This document shows, one piece after another, positions 8,658 through 17,012 of a DNA stretch of 36,208 nt. Location: IMG/VR virus record IMGVR_UViG_3300007511_000008; one strand, 5' to 3'. Position 1 is the first letter of the stretch; the number at the start of each line of letters is the position of its first letter. A model generated the notes under the pieces. It saw only the letters and a list, made by a program, of their open reading frames with translations, had not been told where the DNA came from and did no database searches. A program made the position numbers and the translations under genes. Source of the stretch: a virus (lineage: Duplodnaviria; Heunggongvirae; Uroviricota; Caudoviricetes).

Positions 8658-9380
8658 CTACTTGAATGTGATCTCCCAGATCACCTCGAGTTCTACGTTG
8701 GGGGTCTTCACTATCGGGGACATCAAACCATACGCAATCATCCCCGGCACATCTCCCGTATGCGTACCAATATCAGGAGACAAGAAGGGGTCGGCGGCGG
8801 ACGTAAACAAAGCCACCTCCGACACCGGCACCGAAGTCCCGTAACTATTCTTTGCGTGGACAAAAGAGACATCTGTTTCCGCGAAGAGCGCATGGAACAC
8901 GATAGTCCCATCATCGGGAAAATCAGTAGGGTACGCCTGAGGCAACACCTGCTTCATCCATTCTTCCCCGGTGCTGAGCGTAGATGTCTTCACAATCGAA
9001 GGAGCTTCAAGGCCCGCGATTGAGGGAAGCTCTGTGTAACCGCCGGGAGTCCCAATAGTCTGGAGAACTCCGCCAGTACCAACACCTACCCATCGCACAC
9101 GGTAGGTACGAGCAGCACCGGTGTCCCATGAGGTATCGATGGCGTAGTCCGTACCCGCCCCGTCATCTGTGGGAAGGTCCGTATCCCGCATCCCAGCAAC
9201 TGTAGCACTTGGGGGAACTACCGGTGGGTATGCAGCAGCGCCAATGAGTTTCGACAGCCAGATACGACCATTGTAGGTGAAAACGTTATGCTTCTTCCGC
9301 TCGTCAACAACCTTATCCCCCTTCTTCAACCGAAGGTAAAGGTTGTCTTGGATGCGAAGTCCTTCTCTTTCGTAGAGCAT
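8658..9380 (-). CDS. Baseplate/tail-collar-type structural protein (240 aa)
   Basis: HNVFTYNG...WVGVGTGG...VPVSEVALF...MIAY...PIVKTPNVELEVIWEITF resembles phage tail-collar/fibre-attachment proteins, and it sits between two fibre genes. Confidence 0.5.
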   Translation of the reverse strand: MLYEREGLRIQDNLYLRLKKGDKVVDERKKHNVFTYNGRIWLSKLIGAAAYPPVVPPSATVAGMRDTDLPTDDGAGTDYAIDTSWDTGAARTYRVRWVGVGTGGVLQTIGTPGGYTELPSIAGLEAPSIVKTSTLSTGEEWMKQVLPQAYPTDFPDDGTIVFHALFAETDVSFVHAKNSYGTSVPVSEVALFTSAADPFLSPDIGTHTGDVPGMIAYGLMSPIVKTPNVELEVIWEITFK

Positions 9381-9398
9381 GCTACCCCCTTGCGGTGC

Positions 9399-11306
9399 CT
9401 ATGTTACCGTAATCACCTGGTCGTTGAAAATAGTTGATTCTCCGTTCGGGTTAATTATCTCAATGTAATAATCTCCTGCAGGAGTACCCGTAGGTATCTC
9501 CACGGAGACCAAGCGGGACCCCATCCGTGCCCAATCTGAATAAGAAGTCAACAAAGGAAGCGCTGCTGCGGGAACGACTGCCCAGGCGATGCTCCCAGAG
9601 GTAGGATCTGCTGTATCCAGAACCTTACCGGATACTGTTAACTCCGTTACAGACGCTACCGCCGAAATTGTAGCGGCCCCCCAATTGGTATAGTCGCAGT
9701 TGTACATGTATATCAGTTTCCCGACGTCTGCCTTATCGAACATAGCCGTAGCATCGATAAAAGTTGTCGTACTCCCAATCGTACCCGCAAGCCCGGTAAG
9801 CAACCCAAAGTCAGAGAGGAAATCTGTGGAGGGCACAATATTCGTCGCAGCCACCTTCGTTGCCGGATTAGAGGCAAGGACAAAGTTTGCCGCCAATGGC
9901 GACCCAGACCCCACAGCAAGGTGGGACCCGAGTACCCAAACCTTTGTATTTTCCAAGTACTCATACGCACCCAAATCCATGGCCGATCCTTGGGGACGCG
10001 AATACCCGGCTACATCATACCGTACAGTAGGCACCGCAGTACCTGCATCAATAAGCGTAGAAGTGGCCTGGAGACGGTAGTCATGTGTGACAGGATCCTC
10101 GAACAGGGGATCCACGTCAATCATATCATTTACTCCTGCACCCCAGTTACCATGATAGTCGTTCGGGTTGTTGTGGCTGTCATTGTAATCACTGACTACA
10201 TTGCCGGCGTTCGTAGCCAGGTAGCCCCAACCACCTGGGGCTGCACCGGTTACGATATTGTTGTACGCGAAGAAACAAAGAGTAGCCGGAGGCAGCGTGC
10301 CCCCGGCGTAGGGCCCATAAGTAATCGTAGCAGCACTACTGTCACCGACCACAGTGTTGTTGCTCATGTGCACCGCGGTGACCAGCGCGCCATCAACCTC
10401 CAAACCCTTACTGGTACTACCGCCTGTGGCCAGGCAATCGTACAGCAAGTTGTTGTGGATATAGGATGTCGCTGGATTCCAAAGATACACACCCCAAAAG
10501 CGCTCGCCACCATTCCAACCACTAAGGGTGTTTCGCAGAATGTAAGTTGTGTTTCCCGCCCCGCCTCCACCGTAAATGCCGTAAATCCTGCCTGTCGGCG
10601 CTAAGTTGGAGAGAGTGCAGTCAAGAATTGAGATACCCGTGAGGGTGTAACCGTAGATAGCATACACCCGATCATCCGCTACCAGATTATCTATTGTACA
10701 ATTATAGATAGTAGGTGTTACGGCAGCTGTCGCCATAGAGATGCCATATGCATCCTTCCCCGCCCCGGTAATCGTTACATCCTCGACGATGCAGTTGGAG
10801 ATTAGCACATTAGCTGCTGTTCCCCCGATGTATATCCCAATCCAATTTTGATTTGTCGGATCTACAGGGTTATCGACAAGGAGATCATCGAATGTACTGC
10901 TGTTCCCGGTAGTCACTGCAGTGAGCTGTTGGGTGCCTATCACACCGTTTGCTGTAAGGCGGAAGCCCGCAATGCTATTATCCGCACCAGCGTTAACGAA
11001 CGGTTGCGCCGCGGTATACCCGGTAACCACTACACGACCTGAACCGCTGTTCGTATTGATGTTCCACCCAGTGTTCGTTGCTGCCAAGGAGAAACACACC
11101 CCAGTAGCTCCGGTACCATCAAGTGTGTAATCACCACCTACATGGGTCCAGGTTATGTCGCTGATACCCGCAGGCGGAGCAATAGTTTGGTTAGACTCGG
11201 AATACGGGCCATAAGATATGATGCTATCCCCAGTAAGAAGGGAAGCAAATACCACAGCCAGTTGGGAGGCCGGTTGCCCGAGCCCTACGTGGTAAGTCGT
11301 AGCCAT
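9399..11306 (-). CDS. Parallel beta-helix (pectin-lyase-like) protein with a choice-of-anchor-Q-like segment, candidate tailspike/depolymerase (635 aa)
   Basis: Repeated I-x-N-C-x-(I/V) / YGIY coils are followed by DPLFED...DYRLQATSTLIDAG...YDVAGYSRPQGSAMDLGAYEY. AAGGAGG RBS with a TAATG overlap. Confidence 0.7.
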   Translation of the reverse strand: MATTYHVGLGQPASQLAVVFASLLTGDSIISYGPYSESNQTIAPPAGISDITWTHVGGDYTLDGTGATGVCFSLAATNTGWNINTNSGSGRVVVTGYTAAQPFVNAGADNSIAGFRLTANGVIGTQQLTAVTTGNSSTFDDLLVDNPVDPTNQNWIGIYIGGTAANVLISNCIVEDVTITGAGKDAYGISMATAAVTPTIYNCTIDNLVADDRVYAIYGYTLTGISILDCTLSNLAPTGRIYGIYGGGGAGNTTYILRNTLSGWNGGERFWGVYLWNPATSYIHNNLLYDCLATGGSTSKGLEVDGALVTAVHMSNNTVVGDSSAATITYGPYAGGTLPPATLCFFAYNNIVTGAAPGGWGYLATNAGNVVSDYNDSHNNPNDYHGNWGAGVNDMIDVDPLFEDPVTHDYRLQATSTLIDAGTAVPTVRYDVAGYSRPQGSAMDLGAYEYLENTKVWVLGSHLAVGSGSPLAANFVLASNPATKVAATNIVPSTDFLSDFGLLTGLAGTIGSTTTFIDATAMFDKADVGKLIYMYNCDYTNWGAATISAVASVTELTVSGKVLDTADPTSGSIAWAVVPAAALPLLTSYSDWARMGSRLVSVEIPTGTPAGDYYIEIINPNGESTIFNDQVITVT

Positions 11307-11626
11307 TAGTCGTCCTCCTTAGGATCCGGGGGCCGAGAAGGTGGCTCTACCGGCTCAACCAATGGCTTTCGTGGAAAGAGGAACTCTACCTCCCCCTTCT
11401 TCACGTAGCGTACACGACCCGCAGCTACATCCTCGGGGATAAAGTCTTCGGGTTGCCAAATCTTCTTGATCCCAAAAGCACTTTTATCCTTCTCAGCCTC
11501 ACCCCATTCCCAGGTCTTTGTGCTATGGCCTACGACAATCCGATCGGATTTCCGAAAGCAAATGCTAATGCGTTTCCGCTTCTTTTTCTGCTCCTTTTTC
11601 GGAGCCTTCTTTTCCTTCTTACCCAT
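11306..11626 (-). CDS. Hypothetical protein (106 aa) with a Lys-rich N-terminus
   Basis: Exactly fills the space between the flanking genes (TAA-ATG upstream, TAATG downstream). Confidence 0.65.
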   Translation of the reverse strand: MGKKEKKAPKKEQKKKRKRISICFRKSDRIVVGHSTKTWEWGEAEKDKSAFGIKKIWQPEDFIPEDVAAGRVRYVKKGEVEFLFPRKPLVEPVEPPSRPPDPKEDD

Positions 11627-14600
11627 TTACACCACCGGCGAAATAATTATCGCAACCACCCACGGCTGCTGGTACCACTGATCTGGACGGAACCAGGTAT
11701 GCCCATGCGTAACATTTGGCATCCGGTCCCCCGCAAGGGTGTACCGGTATACTACTGCATTTCGTAAAACATAGTCCACCTTTACCGGACTCCAGGTATT
11801 CGTATACCAAGAAGGAAGACAACACCACTGGAGGGAGCCGGAATTTGCATCGGGGAACGTAAAAGTAGCGGGAGCAAAGGTTAGGGTGGCCCCTGCCCCA
11901 GTGATGGTAAACCAACCGTTGTTAGCGGGATTCGCAGCACCTGTAACGTACAGCCAATCGCCTATCGCCGCCCCATTATAAGAGTTGGCAACACCCGAGA
12001 CAGAACTGAAAGAGTTGGCTGCAGCGATTACCCCGTCATTCAGGTTCTCAGGAACAGTCTCGTTCCAGAAATCAATGGGCTGGAAGAACGCAGGGGGCAT
12101 AGCTCCGGGAGCAACATCCAGGTAGTCGTCAACTACCGGCACATCTACCCACCAAAACTGCCCATAGTCGAAACTCGGGACGAGGTTGGAAGTTGGGACA
12201 GTCGGGCTACCCGTAGGAGTTACGTAAGGCTCCACATCGTCAATGACAAGTCCATGGTCCAAGGCAGGAAGCATGCTTGCGGCCGGGGAATAGAACGAAG
12301 TTGTAGGACCGGGGTGGGAGTCGGGACGCATCAACCCGCCGTCTACCTCAAAGATGTAGCTGGGGTACGTCCGGATTGTTTGGATAACGCCTGTTTCACC
12401 ACTTGTCCCACCGGTGATGGTGTCTGCTACAACAAAGTCCAGCTCTTCCAGTTTCCCCATCTCAACGGGAACAGTCGAATCCTCGGGCCTACGTTGGACG
12501 AGAACGAACGATTCCGGGTGATTCTCAGGATGCAGCAGGTTCTGCACGTAAAGGACGCGTGCGCGTCCCTGGAGAGCTCCTGTGACCCATTCATTAGGCT
12601 GGAAGCCGGTGGTCCCGCCAAGTGTTACCCGGAGCCACGTAATCGACTTACTGTGATCCTCATCACTATCCAACTGGTTTACAGAGACTACGGCATTCTC
12701 CGGTGAGTAGATTTCATAGGCATCTGTAATTATCGGATTGGGATAAAACCAGGTGGAATCCGGTGTGTACCTAAAAGAGATGGCCGTGTTCCCGGGATCG
12801 ATAGTGGCCCACAGGCCATACGGCCCGAGAGTGGGGAAGTGTACGTAGTACCCATCCATATTCCCGAAAGAGGCCGTTCCGTCCGCGATATCTACTTGCG
12901 CTCCAACAGGAGTAACTGCGGTAACTGTTCCCGAAGTATAGAGGGTTACACCCGGGGCATTTGGGTGCCAACTACCATCCCCGCTGTAATCATCGAGATG
13001 ACCTGCCAGGTAACACGATTCGTAAACTTCGTGGTTCTGCATAGGGAGGGCAGAGTAGCGCGGAGGAAATGCCACCGCGTTTGCCGGGATAGAGGCTACT
13101 GTCGGGGCTACTGTCGGGGTAGCCGTTGTATAAATAGCCTGCGCCGGGTTATCCGCTACATGCACAGAGACCGAGAAACTGTGCTCTGCAACAACATCAA
13201 CGGCATCCTCTTGGTTGAGGACAATCACAAAAATGATGTCAGTGTACTGCGGCTTAAGCATGTGGAACTGCTGCACCAGCAATTCGATGTCATCCTCAGT
13301 AAGCGCTGCCCCCGCAGCGATCTTCACAGTGAAGTAAAAATATCTCTTTACGATATTTTCCCCGGTAAGGTACCGAGCAAACCAATCGGCATCCGACTTA
13401 TAGTCCTCTACTGTCAGCCCGCCGTTGATGGGCCAGTACTGCTCGACGGTATCCCCAACAGCATACGCTGCATCCGTAGTAGGATTGATAGCAAGGCCCA
13501 GTACCTTGTTATAGGGGTACACGAAGACAAGTCCGGTTACGTCGTCCAGGACAAAGACACGACCCTCAGTTGCATTGTACACCGGATCGATGGACATAAT
13601 GGTCCCGTCAATCAAGAAAAGCTGCCGGTCAACAATGGCGTTAGCTGCAATCTCGAGATTGGCGAGAGTTGGTCCATTCCAAAGGCAGAACCACAAAGCG
13701 GTAACGTCTGACTTGTAGTGCTCCTGTGCTACCTTGGGAAGGCCAACAACTGCCCCAAAGTTATCTGAGATGGTCTCATCATTGCTGAAGTAAACAACCT
13801 CTGCCCACGCGATCTCAGGAATATCAGTCAATACCCCAAACTTGGGAGCCCACCCTGTATGTGCGCCAGCAGAGATGGGATGTGCATCAACAGTAGCCGT
13901 ACCCGCGGTGCTGTCATAATCGTAGGTCTTGAGTACGTCCCCGCTGGGCAGGTAAATAAGTCCGGGATCCGCAGTAAGCCCCGAGATAGTGCCCTCAATC
14001 CAGGTAAAAGAGAGAGTCGTCGCCTCCCACGAGATATACTGGTTGCCATCGCTTTCGGTAGCCAGGTCGTAATTCGCCGGGTAGTAGTAAGTGGTGTCCC
14101 CAGTAATGGTGTCTTTGAGGACCGGCACCTCGAGGATACTATCGTCCGCCGGCAAGTACGTGTGCGCTACATACCCAACCAAGGCAGCCTCCAGCTCAGA
14201 CAGATAGGCAAAAAGGGCGGAATACGTCTCCTTATCATCGATGATGTTCTGGATCGCCTCCTTAAGCCCGGCAGAGAACGATGTAGCAAAGAGGTCTGCT
14301 GTATCTAGGGCCGCGAGATCTCTGGCAAATGCGAACCAGTCGACGAATACCATGTCGTCGGTATAGTGCCGGATCGGGGGGTAGGAGTAGTACGTTGTCC
14401 CGTTCACCTCATAGCTGATCTTAGCCAGAGCATGCATAGGAGGCGTCTCAGTAATATCGAACTTGGGGTACAGCACCAGCTCGTAACTTGTGTTCACCGG
14501 AGAAAGGATGGACCAGGAGTAGTGCAGCCCCGTAGAAGAGAACCCGGCCCAGGAGTAGTCCTTTGTGCAGTAAGGGGGATTATAGTAGGGGTGCCGGATC

Positions 14601-16783
14601 GGATCAGCGTCGATCCCCCAGGGAATAGCAACCTCAGGCTGGAAAGCGGCTGCACCGCAGATAACCCACACACCCGCAGGATCTACCGCAGTAATGGCGA
14701 AGGTGCCCACGTTAGCAGCAAGTGTTCCACGGAGGTGGAGCATCTGTCCGGGCACTACACCGGTGAAGGGGGCCGTGGAAACTTCGAATAGAGTAGGGAA
14801 CCCAGGAAGGTTCGTACCGCCAACCATAACGTTGACGCGGGTACTATCTGTCGGGTCCACCGAGTCGATATGGTAATAGTTCGAGTTCGTATACAGAATA
14901 TCGCCCGCACACGTAGCCGGGAACACCCCGTAGGCTGTGTGGAACACTGACTCTGTCAGCATCTTCCCGGAGTCTCCGGAGGCGGTCTCGGTATAGGCTG
15001 CGTGCTCCGCATCAGTAGTCAGATACACAGGAGTATCACCAGTGACTACAACCTGTGCTACAAGGTCGGAGAAGACCGTTTCATTGCTGGAGAAGACCCC
15101 ATAGTACCCGGAAGAGAGGAGATCGTAGTACTCACTGCCGCCCGCCAGCAAGAACAGCTGTGTGTTGACGTCGGTATCCTCGTCATCCTGCAACGTCAGG
15201 GAGACTTTCACATAACCATCAAACCCGGAGATGTCTCCCGTAACTTCCTGCTCAGAGGGAAACCCAACCCACTTCCGCTGATACTTGAGTGGTATATCCG
15301 CAAGGGACTTTGCGTAGTCATCCTGCCAGGCTCGTAGCAACTGCCCGGTCATCAGCTGCATAAAAGAAGACCAGATCGTGGTGAACACAGAACGATCCGT
15401 TTGCGATAATTTCCCCCAGAAGTCCGGAAGGGTATCCCAAATGAAATCAGCCTCAGGCAATGTCTCCAGCAGAGAATCCAAAGGAGAAACAGAAATGGTA
15501 TGAAGAACCTGCGCCCCAGAAAAGACCCCATCGTTTACAGTCAGACCAAGGGTGTAGTTACCTTCCGCCATCGGCACAAATACAGGGTCAGGCTTAGTTG
15601 AATCAACTCCACCTGAAAAACTGGAGAGCGCAAACAAGGGAGTGGCATCCAAGCCATTGCCCGTCGTCAACTCCGCTTCGAAAGTCTGGGAGATAATCGC
15701 GGGCTGACCATACTTCGTCGACTCGTTTATCATATAAACAAGCTCGATGAGTGTGGTGGTAGCGGGCACTGTTGCTGTAAGCGCATACCCTGTAAGATCC
15801 AGATCCAACGTACCGTGCTGTATCTCAAGAGTATAGAGATTCCCCGACGTCCCCTGGTAGGATGTGGCGAGAGTAATTACGCTTCCCATGCCGCCGGTTA
15901 CGGTTATCTCTGCGGGAACAAGCCCACCTAGAACAGGCGTAGCACCCTCCGGAGCGGTAACTATTTCCCAGGCGTAAGTAATGGGAAGGCCCTCAGGGTC
16001 ATAGCTCCCCGTACCGTTCAACTTCATAGCCCGCCCAACAACGCCAGTGTCCGGGGCTGCAACGACAGCCGTCGGTTTGACGTTAGAGCTCAACTCAAGA
16101 CTACTTAGACGAAAAGATTCCAGGACAGCGGTAGCCCCGGAACAATAGAAATCAGCTACATCTGTAATACCGGCAGTGGACTCCGGAGCCGCAATAGTCC
16201 ACGAATTGCTCCCAATTTGGGCACCCGCTGCATCCTCGGTTGTCCCGTAAAGAGTAACGTTTCCGCTCTCCCCATCCGACACAAAGTGGAGCTTGAGGTG
16301 GCAAGGGTACTGAAGGATGTCCGCAGACCCGGAGAGCAGCTGCAACGAAGCGGTGGGATCGTTTTGTGGTAGAAACCCAATCCCCTCTTGGGCAACACAA
16401 ACCCGAAGTCCAGTAGAACCGGAATCGAATACCCCTATACCTACACGACCATCCTCAAAGGTAGCCGGCAACCAATCTTGCTGATGGAAGTACATCTCTA
16501 CCTGATATGTGTACTTCGCGGGGACCGCGGAACTCATCGCGATCTGTGCTACGTCGGCTGCTCCAGATGATGTGAGCTGGAGATAGTTTGTATCAGCGGG
16601 GTATGGAATTGCCGAGCCAGTGTGGTATATTGGATTCCCGAAGTTAGCGGGGATTGAATAGGTAGGTATCGTTGGATCGTTCGGGTAGGCATCCCCCGCC
16701 GGCGTGAGGTTCGCATGCCGGTACCAATCGAAGATGTCATACCCGGCTCCGCCGTTTGCCTTTGTAGTAGTGGGGATCGCCAT
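11627..16783 (-). CDS. Very large baseplate wedge-like structural protein (1718 aa; gp7/gpI-like by position) with a PKD/Ig-like domain
   Basis: GAGGAG lies 7-8 nt upstream. It contains PKD-like PTAVV...LNGTGSYDPEG...YAWEIV and helical wedge-like blocks (FIWDTLPDFW; ALWFCLWNGPTLANL), and is encoded downstream of the J-like gene. Confidence 0.6.
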   Translation of the reverse strand: MAIPTTTKANGGAGYDIFDWYRHANLTPAGDAYPNDPTIPTYSIPANFGNPIYHTGSAIPYPADTNYLQLTSSGAADVAQIAMSSAVPAKYTYQVEMYFHQQDWLPATFEDGRVGIGVFDSGSTGLRVCVAQEGIGFLPQNDPTASLQLLSGSADILQYPCHLKLHFVSDGESGNVTLYGTTEDAAGAQIGSNSWTIAAPESTAGITDVADFYCSGATAVLESFRLSSLELSSNVKPTAVVAAPDTGVVGRAMKLNGTGSYDPEGLPITYAWEIVTAPEGATPVLGGLVPAEITVTGGMGSVITLATSYQGTSGNLYTLEIQHGTLDLDLTGYALTATVPATTTLIELVYMINESTKYGQPAIISQTFEAELTTGNGLDATPLFALSSFSGGVDSTKPDPVFVPMAEGNYTLGLTVNDGVFSGAQVLHTISVSPLDSLLETLPEADFIWDTLPDFWGKLSQTDRSVFTTIWSSFMQLMTGQLLRAWQDDYAKSLADIPLKYQRKWVGFPSEQEVTGDISGFDGYVKVSLTLQDDEDTDVNTQLFLLAGGSEYYDLLSSGYYGVFSSNETVFSDLVAQVVVTGDTPVYLTTDAEHAAYTETASGDSGKMLTESVFHTAYGVFPATCAGDILYTNSNYYHIDSVDPTDSTRVNVMVGGTNLPGFPTLFEVSTAPFTGVVPGQMLHLRGTLAANVGTFAITAVDPAGVWVICGAAAFQPEVAIPWGIDADPIRHPYYNPPYCTKDYSWAGFSSTGLHYSWSILSPVNTSYELVLYPKFDITETPPMHALAKISYEVNGTTYYSYPPIRHYTDDMVFVDWFAFARDLAALDTADLFATSFSAGLKEAIQNIIDDKETYSALFAYLSELEAALVGYVAHTYLPADDSILEVPVLKDTITGDTTYYYPANYDLATESDGNQYISWEATTLSFTWIEGTISGLTADPGLIYLPSGDVLKTYDYDSTAGTATVDAHPISAGAHTGWAPKFGVLTDIPEIAWAEVVYFSNDETISDNFGAVVGLPKVAQEHYKSDVTALWFCLWNGPTLANLEIAANAIVDRQLFLIDGTIMSIDPVYNATEGRVFVLDDVTGLVFVYPYNKVLGLAINPTTDAAYAVGDTVEQYWPINGGLTVEDYKSDADWFARYLTGENIVKRYFYFTVKIAAGAALTEDDIELLVQQFHMLKPQYTDIIFVIVLNQEDAVDVVAEHSFSVSVHVADNPAQAIYTTATPTVAPTVASIPANAVAFPPRYSALPMQNHEVYESCYLAGHLDDYSGDGSWHPNAPGVTLYTSGTVTAVTPVGAQVDIADGTASFGNMDGYYVHFPTLGPYGLWATIDPGNTAISFRYTPDSTWFYPNPIITDAYEIYSPENAVVSVNQLDSDEDHSKSITWLRVTLGGTTGFQPNEWVTGALQGRARVLYVQNLLHPENHPESFVLVQRRPEDSTVPVEMGKLEELDFVVADTITGGTSGETGVIQTIRTYPSYIFEVDGGLMRPDSHPGPTTSFYSPAASMLPALDHGLVIDDVEPYVTPTGSPTVPTSNLVPSFDYGQFWWVDVPVVDDYLDVAPGAMPPAFFQPIDFWNETVPENLNDGVIAAANSFSSVSGVANSYNGAAIGDWLYVTGAANPANNGWFTITGAGATLTFAPATFTFPDANSGSLQWCCLPSWYTNTWSPVKVDYVLRNAVVYRYTLAGDRMPNVTHGHTWFRPDQWYQQPWVVAIIISPVV

Positions 16784-17012
16784 GAAAAATACTCCTCAGT
16801 TCTCTCAGGAAGAATTAGTTACCTTGGTCAAGGAGAGCGAAGACATCCTCACCCCGCTACTTGAGGAAGCAATGCCTGCTCCCCAGCCCTGCCCAAACTG
16901 TGGCTCCAAAACAGTCTGCATAGTTGATCCGCATAACCCCTTTACGCCGGGGAAACTGCTGCAAAACTTCATCCTCCAATGCCCGGCCTGCTGGACCCAC
17001 ATCTCCTCCTAA
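16782..17012 (+). CDS. Antisense Zn-ribbon protein (76 aa)
   Basis: Reads MKNTPQF...PCPNCGSKTV...FILQCPACW with two CPxC pairs. It occupies the only gap between two - strand genes. Confidence 0.6.
   Translation: MKNTPQFSQEELVTLVKESEDILTPLLEEAMPAPQPCPNCGSKTVCIVDPHNPFTPGKLLQNFILQCPACWTHISS

Noticed and set aside
4943-16783. Diversity-generating retroelement acting on the fibre genes
   Set aside because: No reverse transcriptase is in the window and I saw no template/variable repeat pair with A-specific mismatches. A computational repeat search of the full genome would be needed to exclude it.
16805-17002. - strand 65-aa ORF with AGGAGG just upstream, as an alternative to the antisense Zn-ribbon gene
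   Set aside because: The SD-to-ATG spacing is only 2 nt and the peptide has no recognisable features, whereas the + frame has two CPxC pairs. It is not fully excluded.
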